The notes under the pieces are model-generated. The model was given only the letters and a program-made list of their open reading frames with translations. It made no database searches and was not told where the DNA came from. From contig JAHEBN010000004.1 in assembly GCA_024645245.1 (NCBI GenBank), forward strand, positions 5,184 to 69,183: DNA of 64,000 bases, in the 5' to 3' direction. This document shows positions 37,692-47,732 of this stretch, piece after piece (positions within the stretch are counted from its first letter, which is position 1; each line of letters begins with the position of its first letter). A program made the position numbers and the translations under genes. The stretch is from Jiulongibacter sp. Its GTDB lineage: Bacteria > Bacteroidota > Bacteroidia > Cytophagales > Spirosomataceae.

Positions 37692-38882
37692 ATGCAATTA
37701 ATAGATAAAATAAAAGCATTATCCACAGCATATAAAAAAGAATTCATTGATATCAGAAGGCACTTACATGCTCACCCGGAGTTATCTTTTCATGAAGAGA
37801 AAACTTCAGCTTTTGTAGCTGGCAAGTTAACCGAATATGGACTTCAGCCCAAAAGAGGTATTGCAGGAAATGGGTTGGTGGCATTGATTGAAGGGAAAAA
37901 TCCTGCTAATAAAGTGGTGGCTTTACGTGCTGATATGGATGCTTTACCGATAATTGAGGCCAATCAAGTACCTTATAAATCTCAAAATCCGGGCGTGATG
38001 CATGCTTGCGGACATGATGTTCATACTACTTCATTATTGGGTGTTTCCCGTATTTTAAGTCAATTGAAAAATGAATTTGAAGGAACCATAAAGTTGGTTT
38101 TTCAACCGGCAGAAGAAAAAGCTCCGGGTGGTGCCTCCATCATGATAAAAGAGGGAGTTTTGGAAAATCCGAAAGTTATTTCCATGCTTGGTCAACATGT
38201 TGCACCTAATTTGCCAGTAGGAAAAATTGGGTTTAGAGAAGGTATGTATATGGCCAGTACCGATGAAATTTACATGACTATTGTGGGCAAAGGAGGTCAC
38301 GGGGCCGCTCCTGACCAACTAATTGATCCCGTATTGATTGCTTCGCATATCATTGTGGCATTGCAACAAATTATTTCCAGAAACCGCAAACCTTACAATC
38401 CTTCTGTACTTTCTTTTGGAAGATTTATTGCAGATGGCGTAACCAATGTAATACCCAATGAGGTGAAAATTGAGGGGACTTTCCGGAATATGGACGAAGA
38501 GTGGCGGGAAGATGGATTGAAAAAAATGCAGAAAATGGCAGAGGGTATGGCTGAAGCTATGGGAGCGAAATGCATATTTGAAGTGGTACGAGGTTATCCA
38601 TTCTTAAAAAATCACCCGGAATTAACACGAAGAACCCGAAATTTTACAGAACAATATATCGGGAAAGAAAATGTGATTGATCTGGACCTATGGATGGCCG
38701 GCGAAGATTTCGCTTTCTATTCTCAGGTGGTAGATTCCTGTTTTTATCGATTGGGAACGCGGAACGAATCAAAAGGTATCGTTTCGGGAGTTCATACTCC
38801 AACATTCGATATTGATGAAGATGCTATAGAGATCGGTATGGGTTTAATGGCCTGGAATGCCATGAATGAATTATCTTCTTAA
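37692..38882 (+). CDS. M20D-family amidohydrolase (N-acyl-L-amino acid amidohydrolase / hippurate hydrolase-like)
   Basis: Motifs: RRHLHAHPELSFHE, ALRADMDALP, HACGHDVHT, QPAEE, GGHGAAP. Confidence 0.88.
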   Translation: MQLIDKIKALSTAYKKEFIDIRRHLHAHPELSFHEEKTSAFVAGKLTEYGLQPKRGIAGNGLVALIEGKNPANKVVALRADMDALPIIEANQVPYKSQNPGVMHACGHDVHTTSLLGVSRILSQLKNEFEGTIKLVFQPAEEKAPGGASIMIKEGVLENPKVISMLGQHVAPNLPVGKIGFREGMYMASTDEIYMTIVGKGGHGAAPDQLIDPVLIASHIIVALQQIISRNRKPYNPSVLSFGRFIADGVTNVIPNEVKIEGTFRNMDEEWREDGLKKMQKMAEGMAEAMGAKCIFEVVRGYPFLKNHPELTRRTRNFTEQYIGKENVIDLDLWMAGEDFAFYSQVVDSCFYRLGTRNESKGIVSGVHTPTFDIDEDAIEIGMGLMAWNAMNELSS

Positions 38883-39070
38883 TCCCGTTTATTCTACATA
38901 CAAGTCCACTTATCGACTGGTGCATTACCAACGACCCGATGGCATGTTTTTTGTAAAGAGATATCTGATGATATTTAAAATAAGTCAGATGAGATAATTC
39001 CTGATAATTATACAGGTCCTTTCGGTCATTACTCTTTTTCCTTGGGTTCAACTCCTAGGGAATTGCATTA

Positions 39071-39301
39071 ATGGCTTCCATTAAAAATAAACAAAAAAAC
39101 AAAGGTGTAATGCTTTTCCTTACTGCGGGTGTTTTGTATCCTATAAGTATGGCAATTTCTTTTTACAATACCTGGAAATATTTTGATTTTGGTCAATTTT
39201 ATTTTGCCTTATTTTTGTCCTTAACCCCTCTCATACTATTTCTTATAGGTTTGGCAATTATTAAAAATAATAGCAGCTTAAAAAGCTATTTTAAGAGGTA
39301 A
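39071..39301 (+). CDS. small hypothetical membrane protein
   Basis: A 76-aa ORF with two predicted TM segments. There is no homology support. Confidence 0.3.
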   Translation: MASIKNKQKNKGVMLFLTAGVLYPISMAISFYNTWKYFDFGQFYFALFLSLTPLILFLIGLAIIKNNSSLKSYFKR

Positions 39302-39341
39302 TCAATCTCTTTTTCAATTCCGTCTTTATCCAATACCAGCT

Positions 39342-39896
39342 TTATTTAATAATATTTAGCCGTATTCCACCATTTACCTGAGGATGAATAAAAAATGGGG
39401 TGGGTAAAGCTTCTACATAAAGGCCTCCATCCAGAAATACTGCTAAATCATTATTAGGCAAATCAAACTCTATTCCTGCATTACCTGCTGGTCCGAGGGA
39501 TAACTTTCTTTCTTTATCGTCTCGCTGTCCAACCCGATCATCCGGATAATGATTTCTGGAATTTATCTGCCCTCCAAATCCATAATATACGTGTGTTGAC
39601 TCTTTTTTAAATAAGGTACGATGCCAAGAATATAAGGTTTGAAACATAATACCTGCACCCTTATAATTACCTTTATTACTGCCAATTCCATAGCTTCTAT
39701 TGCCGCCATATATGAAGCCATATGTCCCGATATTGAAATCCATGACTTTATTTCCATAATCCATGTACTTCCTGATATTAATTCCTAATGGCTCTCCAAC
39801 TTTAAGGCCGATCGCAAAATTATTTAAATTCTGAGCTTTGGCTTGAGCTAAGCAAATTGTTAAAAGAATTACAAAAAGTGAAATTTTCTTTAGCAT
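39342..39896 (-). CDS. small hypothetical outer-membrane beta-barrel protein
   Basis: It has the signal peptide MLKKISLFVILLTICLAQAKAQ and about 8 alternating amphipathic strands rich in Gly/aromatics. It is the last gene of the ABC operon. Confidence 0.45.
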   Translation of the reverse strand: MLKKISLFVILLTICLAQAKAQNLNNFAIGLKVGEPLGINIRKYMDYGNKVMDFNIGTYGFIYGGNRSYGIGSNKGNYKGAGIMFQTLYSWHRTLFKKESTHVYYGFGGQINSRNHYPDDRVGQRDDKERKLSLGPAGNAGIEFDLPNNDLAVFLDGGLYVEALPTPFFIHPQVNGGIRLNIIK

Positions 39897-39907
39897 TGGT
39901 TAAATGG

Positions 39908-40363
39908 TTATTGTATTAAAGCTGCGTTTGAAAGAATATAATTTAATTCGTTAATATCGTCTTTATTCAGATTCAAAATTCCTTTAACAGTCACCCTGTC
40001 ATCAGTATTTAGTCTTTTGCCAAGTTTTTTAAATTTTACTGACATAACTGATTCAGGTCCGGCTTGTCCACAGAAAAAACAAGAGGAGTACGGATTTGCC
40101 GAAAGTACATAATAGCTGGATTCCACATCCACAGGAATCATATATCCGGTGATTTCAACTTCTTTATTATTTAGTAAAGATACTTTATTACCAAAATTAG
40201 GTACCAAAATAAACATAGCTTCTTCTTTATTCCACTTTTTGTCAAAACTGACGTCTTTTAACGTTTCCCAGGTGATTTTTCTTGTGTCTTGCTGGGCAAA
40301 AATTGGATTATTAAGGCTAAAAAATCCTATGGTCAATAGTAATGGTTTTAAGAGATTCATCAT
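39908..40363 (-). CDS. secreted DUF3299-like protein with CxxC motif
   Basis: The start is the ATG at 40363, and the protein has a signal peptide. GYMIPVDVESSYYVLSANPYSSCFFCGQAGPESV resembles the DUF3299 core as I remember it. It follows the FtsX permease gene. Confidence 0.45.
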   Translation of the reverse strand: MMNLLKPLLLTIGFFSLNNPIFAQQDTRKITWETLKDVSFDKKWNKEEAMFILVPNFGNKVSLLNNKEVEITGYMIPVDVESSYYVLSANPYSSCFFCGQAGPESVMSVKFKKLGKRLNTDDRVTVKGILNLNKDDINELNYILSNAALIQ

Positions 40364-40373
40364 ATTTAGAAGT

Positions 40374-41552
40374 CTATTCTTCCGCAAGAGTTTTTGAAAT
40401 ATTCAATTTATATAAATTTATAGATGGAATTGCAGCAGCCACAATTCCAGTAATTAACGCTAAGATTAATAAATAAATTTCATCCCGGCCTATCTCTATC
40501 CAATTGATGATGAGATTGTAATTTCCGGCAAGGTGATTATTCAGGTAGAATAGAATAGATTTTGATAAAAGAATTCCAAAAACATAACCCAAGCCGGTTA
40601 AAATGCATCCTTCTAATACTGCCTGCAGGTACAATTGAGATCGGGATGCACCCAGGGTAAGCATTAAAGCTGCCTCATCCCGGTTGTCTTTGAGTGAATT
40701 GTAAAGTGATATAAATACACTTATTCCACTAAGAATTACAATTAAGATGGCCAGAATACGTGCCATGGCAATACCCGAACCGAAGTTTTTAAGCAGACGG
40801 TTTGTTTCTATTCCCGGTAAAGCCGCCTGCATATTCGTTTGCTCGTTTATTAATCTGGGTAATGTCATTAATCCCATAGGATTCCGGAAAAAGAGTAAGG
40901 CGGCTGTTATTTCGTCATCCTGGTCATGAATTTCATTTTTATGATTATGAACTTCCCAAATACTTTCTAATGGAGTGATCAATAAATTATCCATTACTGT
41001 GCCTGATCTTTCTAAAATGCCAACTACCCGGTATTTATCGTCCTCGTGTTTTTCGCCTTCTTTATCTGCTCCATGGGAGCTTAAAAAACTATCGCCCAAT
41101 TTAAGCCCTGATTTCCTGGCAGCCAATGCTCCGCATGTTACTTCCAATGCCGAAGTTGCAATCCTCCCGGTAGAAATTTTTAATTTATATTGATCATAAA
41201 GCAAATTGGTGCTTCCAAGTATGCGTGTACCCTGATAATTATCTCCATAGGCAAGTGGAATTATTTTTTTTACCAGAGGATTGCTTTTTAGCTTATTAAC
41301 TTCAGCTAGTTTTATATTCCCGGTAGGGTCATCCGCATGATAAACCGCCGATAGTATAATTTGCAAGGGACTACCTTTAGCTCCAACTACCAAATCTATG
41401 CCGGCAATATTTTTCAACAGTGAGGATTCAGCTTCTTTACCGATTCTTAAAACCAACGAGATTATCCCAATTCCAAATACCATCAAAAGAATAGAAAGTA
41501 AACTATTCAGTTTTTTATGAAGAACCTTACTCCAAACTATTTTAAAAAGCAT
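40374..41552 (-). CDS. ABC transporter permease, FtsX/MacB (type VII) family
   Basis: 392 aa. It has TM1, a ~230-aa periplasmic domain, then three C-terminal TMs. It overlaps the ATPase gene by 11 nt. Confidence 0.82.
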   Translation of the reverse strand: MLFKIVWSKVLHKKLNSLLSILLMVFGIGIISLVLRIGKEAESSLLKNIAGIDLVVGAKGSPLQIILSAVYHADDPTGNIKLAEVNKLKSNPLVKKIIPLAYGDNYQGTRILGSTNLLYDQYKLKISTGRIATSALEVTCGALAARKSGLKLGDSFLSSHGADKEGEKHEDDKYRVVGILERSGTVMDNLLITPLESIWEVHNHKNEIHDQDDEITAALLFFRNPMGLMTLPRLINEQTNMQAALPGIETNRLLKNFGSGIAMARILAILIVILSGISVFISLYNSLKDNRDEAALMLTLGASRSQLYLQAVLEGCILTGLGYVFGILLSKSILFYLNNHLAGNYNLIINWIEIGRDEIYLLILALITGIVAAAIPSINLYKLNISKTLAEE

Positions 41553-42180
41553 TTTCTAAATGGATTTGATTAGGAAAAATAGTTTTTAATCGTTGATCAT
41601 GCGTAACAATTATCAATGCAGAATTGGCTTCTTTCGCCGTTTTTTGAATTAATTGAACCACATGTTCGCAGTTTTCATCGTCCAGATTCGATGTGGGTTC
41701 ATCTGCAAGAATTAAGGAAGGCTTATTCATTATGGTACGTAATATTGAGACACGCTGGAGTTCGCCACCACTTAATTCATAGGTTTTTTTTTGTAAAAGA
41801 TGATTAATTCTTAGTTCAGTTGCTTTATGCTTAATTAATTCTAAATCTGCTTTTTTCTTAAGAAAGTAAGGGCTAATCAGTAAATTATCCATGACATTTA
41901 ATGATTTCACGAAATAGTTTTTTTGAAAAACCAATCCGATTTTTTCAGCACGAAACTTATTCAGTTCGGGTTTAGATAATAATTCTACGTTTGTATTATC
42001 GAGGAAAATTTTTCCCGAAGCCGGTTTTTGCAACAGGGCGAGCAGATGAAGTAAAGTGGTTTTTCCACTTCCTGATTTACCTGATATCAAAAGATTCTCA
42101 CCTTGATTTACTTTGACATCGGGAAAATTAAAAGTAAGATGGGGGTTATAAGAAAATTTCAAAGACTGAGTTTCAATCAT
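41542..42180 (-). CDS. ABC transporter ATP-binding protein (MacB/LolD-like)
   Basis: The start is the ATG at 42180. It has Walker A GKSGSGKTT, signature LSGGELQR and Walker B LILADEPTSNLD. Confidence 0.9.
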   Translation of the reverse strand: MIETQSLKFSYNPHLTFNFPDVKVNQGENLLISGKSGSGKTTLLHLLALLQKPASGKIFLDNTNVELLSKPELNKFRAEKIGLVFQKNYFVKSLNVMDNLLISPYFLKKKADLELIKHKATELRINHLLQKKTYELSGGELQRVSILRTIMNKPSLILADEPTSNLDDENCEHVVQLIQKTAKEANSALIIVTHDQRLKTIFPNQIHLENAF

Positions 42181-42371
42181 CCGGTAAATTTCGATAGGCA
42201 AAAATATACAATTCTAAAGTAGATATTTGATTTCTTTAAAATTTAAGGTTTAAGAATTGAAAATTGTTCATACGTAATTTTTATACTTTATAGATTTTTT
42301 AAAAGATACACTTGAAAGGTAACTGAAACTAATTAAGTTAAATTTTTGCATATTTTTTGCACCATGATTCT

Positions 42372-42379
42372 TAAATTTG
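42372..42379 (+). promoter_or_regulatory. candidate Bacteroidota -7 promoter box (TAAATTTG) for the peroxiredoxin gene
   Basis: It matches TAnnTTTG exactly and lies 45 nt upstream of the ATG at 42424. A 14-bp palindrome follows it. Confidence 0.35.
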
Positions 42380-42423
42380 TGTTCTATTGATATCAATAAT
42401 TTAACTATTTAAATTTTCTTATT

Positions 42424-43059
42424 ATGGGACTCAGATTAGGAGATATAGCTCCGGACTTTACAGCAGAAACAACTCAGGGGAAAATTAATTTTCACGAATG
42501 GCTGGGTAATAATTGGGGGATGTTATTTTCTCACCCTGCAGATTTTACGCCTGTATGCACTACAGAATTAGGTAAAACAGCATTATTGAAAGGAGAATTT
42601 GAAAAGAAAGGGGTAAAAGTTATTGCAGTTTCTGTTGATGATTTGAACTCTCATAATAAGTGGATTCCAGATATTGAGGAAATAAATGGAGTAAAAATGA
42701 ACTTCCCGATAATTGCAGATGAAAACAGGGTCGTAGCCGAACTATATGATATGATACATCCAAATGCTTCAGAAAAAGCGACGGTACGTTCTGTGTTTAT
42801 TATCGGACCGGATAAGAAGATCAAATTAATGCTTACCTATCCTGCATCTACAGGCCGTAATTTTACGGAATTGCTTCGCGTAATAGATAGTTTGCAATTA
42901 ACTTCGGAATATTCTGTGGCTACACCTGCAGATTGGAAAGATGGAGACGATGCTATTGTGGTTCCATCGATATCCACTGCTGACGCAATAGTCAAATTCC
43001 CTAAAGGTGTGAAGGAAGTCAGACCATATTTAAGATATACTCCTCAGCCTAACAAGTAA
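42424..43059 (+). CDS. 1-Cys peroxiredoxin (Prx6 subfamily)
   Basis: 211 aa. Motifs: FSHPADFTPVCTTEL, WIPDI, RNFTELLRVIDSLQL. Confidence 0.9.
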   Translation: MGLRLGDIAPDFTAETTQGKINFHEWLGNNWGMLFSHPADFTPVCTTELGKTALLKGEFEKKGVKVIAVSVDDLNSHNKWIPDIEEINGVKMNFPIIADENRVVAELYDMIHPNASEKATVRSVFIIGPDKKIKLMLTYPASTGRNFTELLRVIDSLQLTSEYSVATPADWKDGDDAIVVPSISTADAIVKFPKGVKEVRPYLRYTPQPNK

Positions 43060-43080
43060 TTTTGTTTTGAGAAACCGAAG

Positions 43081-43109
43081 AAGCCGGAATTAAACTTTCC
43101 GGCTTTTTT
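43081..43109 (+). terminator. rho-independent terminator after the peroxiredoxin gene
   Basis: A 9-bp perfect stem (aagccggaa / ttccggctt) with a 7-nt loop is followed by a T6 run. Confidence 0.72.
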
Positions 43110-43168
43110 ATTTTTCATATTTTAAGAATATAGAAGAAAGCTGATTATTTTTGCGTTACTACAATATT

Positions 43169-43981
43169 ATGGTAAAAAAGAGGAATCAATATACCTTAAC
43201 AGATAGGATTCTGAATGCTGCATTTTCGTCAAAGACTATTTACGGAATGTTGGTGATTACTCTTATATTGCTTTATCCTGTCGCTGTAATAGATGGTCAA
43301 AGGTGGACATTTGTTGAAGAAGTAGGAGTGAGGTTACCTTTAAAATACAAAACACATGGTATCGACATTTCACATCATAATGGTAAAGTAAATTGGGAGA
43401 AAGTTTCTTCCTTCTCCGAACACCATTCTGCTGTCAGGTTTTGTTTTCTCAAGGCCACAGAGGGCACCGATCTTATCGATCAGGAGTTCGACTATAATTG
43501 GAATAAACTGGGCGAAACTAATATTCTCCGGGGAGCCTATCATTATTTCAATCCAACTTCGGATCCCCGTTTACAAGCCTTAAATTTTATACTAAATGTA
43601 AATCTGGAAGAAGGAGATATTGTACCCGTTCTTGATTTCGAAGATAACGCCAAAACTAATGCCGGGCGTAAAAAGCTTGCCGAAAATGTTAAAGTATGGC
43701 TGGATACCATAGAAAAGCATTATGGGGTGAAACCAATCATTTATACCAATAAATACATTTATAATACATATGTTAAAGAGTATTTTAAAGGTTACCCATT
43801 GTGGATCTCACAATATGAGGCAAAAGAACTGGAGGGTTATGAAATGGACGATGTATATTTCTGGCAACATACCATGCATGGCAGGGTAGAAGGGATTTCT
43901 TCAGCAGTAGATTTTAATGCATTTGTAGGAGATGATTACGACATTGAAAAGCTCCTTATCAGATCCCGTTTAAAAGAATAA
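43169..43981 (+). CDS. membrane-anchored GH25 family lysozyme (muramidase)
   Basis: The start is the ATG at 43169. It has an N-terminal TM. Motifs: HGIDISHHNGKVNWEKV, FLKATEG, GAYHYF, PVLDFE, LWISQY. Confidence 0.82.
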   Translation: MVKKRNQYTLTDRILNAAFSSKTIYGMLVITLILLYPVAVIDGQRWTFVEEVGVRLPLKYKTHGIDISHHNGKVNWEKVSSFSEHHSAVRFCFLKATEGTDLIDQEFDYNWNKLGETNILRGAYHYFNPTSDPRLQALNFILNVNLEEGDIVPVLDFEDNAKTNAGRKKLAENVKVWLDTIEKHYGVKPIIYTNKYIYNTYVKEYFKGYPLWISQYEAKELEGYEMDDVYFWQHTMHGRVEGISSAVDFNAFVGDDYDIEKLLIRSRLKE

Positions 43982-43992
43982 ACCAAAGATAA

Positions 43993-45648
<1,656 letters not shown>

Positions 45649-45662
45649 GATAATATTGACCG

Positions 45663-45689
45663 ATACCCCTTGTAATAGGGGTGTTTTTT
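45663..45689 (+). terminator. rho-independent terminator after pgi
   Basis: The stem acccct / aggggt can be extended by A-T and a G-U pair. It has a 6-nt loop and is followed by a T6 run. Confidence 0.62.
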
Positions 45690-45833
45690 GTCTAAAACTT
45701 TCAATAATTACTGAAATATTAAAATTTATGAAATTTATAAATGTTTTATTTGGAAATATAAATTCAATAAATTAAGTTTGATTCATCAAAGCGGAAATCG
45801 GATAAATGAAACCCGAAATTAGTGTTTTGGTGA

Positions 45834-47660
45834 GTGAATAACTTTAGAACTTACGTGCTTTCTTTAAAAAAATATAAAACCAAAATAACCCGTTGCTATG
45901 TAATAATTTTCATGGTTCTGTTCTTTTTTTCTGGCGGTGATTCCGGCTTACGTGCTTCCGAAATTATAAATGTGCCTTATGAAATTAAATTTGCCGATAT
46001 AAGCTTTCAATTGAATGATGCTACCCGGCTACTATTGCAGCAAGAAATTGCCGTACTGGAAAAGAATGATGCAGAGCTAAAAAAAAACCTTCAATTAGCA
46101 AGTATTTATTTACCTGAAACGGAGCAGATTCTTAGAGATGCTTCGGTGCCTGATGATTTTAAGTATTTAGCGATATACAACAAGTTTCAAAGAACGGTTG
46201 AGTATAGTGAACTATTAGAATCAGGTGTTTATTGGTGTATGGATTACGGTAAATCTATTGATGTTGACTTGCGAATTAATGAGTTTATTGATGAAAGGAA
46301 ACATTTTTTTCTTAGTAGTGATGCAGCGATAATTAGCCTGAAAAGGAATAAAGTTCTTTACAATAATTGGGGTACAGTACTTTTTGCTCATTTGGCAAGC
46401 CGGGAAGTAATTAACTTGCTGGAAATAAATAGAAAATGGTCAGGAAAACAATTCATTCTTTTGGATAGTCCGGCCTATAGTTCACTTATTCAATACCTCG
46501 CATTTAAATATGCGATAGAGAAATCTTTTCCAGGTTACCGGGCAGAAGTTCAGGAAATAATCTATAAGTACCCATATGGTGATCAAAAGTCATTGAATGT
46601 AATTGCAGCCGACTTACGTGTTAATCCTTTAGAATTGAAATCAACCAATCAATGGCTTAAATCGGAAAGGTTATTAAATAGCGACATTCCCGTGGTGGTA
46701 ATTGTGCCTGCTTCCAGATATCATGATATCCGGATACTGGCTGAGATGTCCCGCAATTCCACCTCTTCTCAGACTGAATTAGGTTTTCCGGTACTAATAA
46801 ATGCCCCTTCATTATCCAAAGGGAAAGGTGGTGTTTTTTATCAGATTAATGGGAAAGAGGGTATAAAGGCAGATATGTGCGATAATGCTGTAATGCTTTC
46901 CTATAAAACGGGCGTTCCATTAAAATCTTTCCTGAAATACAATAATCTGACTGAAAAAGATGTATTGTCAATTGGTATGATTTATTACCTGCAAGCTAAA
47001 GATTCCAAAGGGCCAATAGCCTTGCATGTGGTTCGGGAAGGTGAAACTTTATGGGATATTTCGCAATTGTACGGAGTCGATTTAAATCAACTATTAAAGT
47101 TTAACCGACTGAAATCTGTTCAAAGATTGCAAAGAGGAAGAATAGTTTATTTGCAAAAGAAGAGACCTAAAAAGCAAGCAATAGAATACATTGAGTCTCC
47201 TATTCAAAATCCGGAAAATGAAATATTGAATAACGATCCTATTTTAAGTGAGCGTAGTTCTTTTGGTCAGGAAAAAGTAGTTAAAACGGAAGCGGGTAAG
47301 AAGGAAGTTGACATAGTTACTATAACCCCAAAACAAATTCAGGATACCACCATTTTGATTTCAAATAATCCAGATAAGGGAAAGAAAGAAGAAAATAAAC
47401 TGGTAACAAAAGAAATAAAAGTATCGAAAATAAACCCTGAGAACTCTTACACAGATGAAATCAGAGAAGTAGTTTTAAATGAAAAGAAGCCTGAGCAAAA
47501 GCCAGAAAAGTCTTTCATAGTACACACGGTCAAAAAAGGAGAAACACTTTACCGGATTTCGGTTAATTATAAAGTCAGTCTGGATCAATTATATAAATTG
47601 AATAAACTATCCAGTAACATAATTGAAATTGGAGATCAGATAAAAGTAAAAGCATTATAA
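45834..47660 (+). CDS. MltD-like LysM-domain protein (SLT-like domain with non-canonical catalytic position)
   Basis: The start is GTG at 45834 and is uncertain. There are two canonical C-terminal LysM repeats (HVVREGETLWDISQLYGVDLNQLLKFNRL and HTVKKGETLYRISVNYKVSLDQLYKLNKL). The N-terminal region is colinear with the MltD transglycosylase domain. Confidence 0.75.
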   Translation: MNNFRTYVLSLKKYKTKITRCYVIIFMVLFFFSGGDSGLRASEIINVPYEIKFADISFQLNDATRLLLQQEIAVLEKNDAELKKNLQLASIYLPETEQILRDASVPDDFKYLAIYNKFQRTVEYSELLESGVYWCMDYGKSIDVDLRINEFIDERKHFFLSSDAAIISLKRNKVLYNNWGTVLFAHLASREVINLLEINRKWSGKQFILLDSPAYSSLIQYLAFKYAIEKSFPGYRAEVQEIIYKYPYGDQKSLNVIAADLRVNPLELKSTNQWLKSERLLNSDIPVVVIVPASRYHDIRILAEMSRNSTSSQTELGFPVLINAPSLSKGKGGVFYQINGKEGIKADMCDNAVMLSYKTGVPLKSFLKYNNLTEKDVLSIGMIYYLQAKDSKGPIALHVVREGETLWDISQLYGVDLNQLLKFNRLKSVQRLQRGRIVYLQKKRPKKQAIEYIESPIQNPENEILNNDPILSERSSFGQEKVVKTEAGKKEVDIVTITPKQIQDTTILISNNPDKGKKEENKLVTKEIKVSKINPENSYTDEIREVVLNEKKPEQKPEKSFIVHTVKKGETLYRISVNYKVSLDQLYKLNKLSSNIIEIGDQIKVKAL

Positions 47661-47697
47661 GATTGTAATAAGTAGTATAGATTCACTCAAGAGCCAG

Positions 47698-47732
47698 ATT
47701 AGCCTCGATCATTGATTGAGGCTAATTTTTTT
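47698..47732 (+). terminator. rho-independent terminator after the LysM gene
   Basis: A 13-bp stem (attagcctcgatc / gattgaggctaat, one G-U pair) with a 3-nt loop is followed by a T7 run. It overlaps the stop of the convergent gene. Confidence 0.7.

Noticed and set aside
38995-39065. A tRNA-like 71-nt segment with a 7-bp acceptor-type pairing (taattcc / ggaattg) and a T-arm-like ttggg-TTCAACT-cctag
   Set aside because: No anticodon stem or D-stem can be drawn (ggtcctttcggtc is not self-complementary), and there are no conserved G18G19 or U8/A14 contexts. It is most likely a chance inverted repeat.
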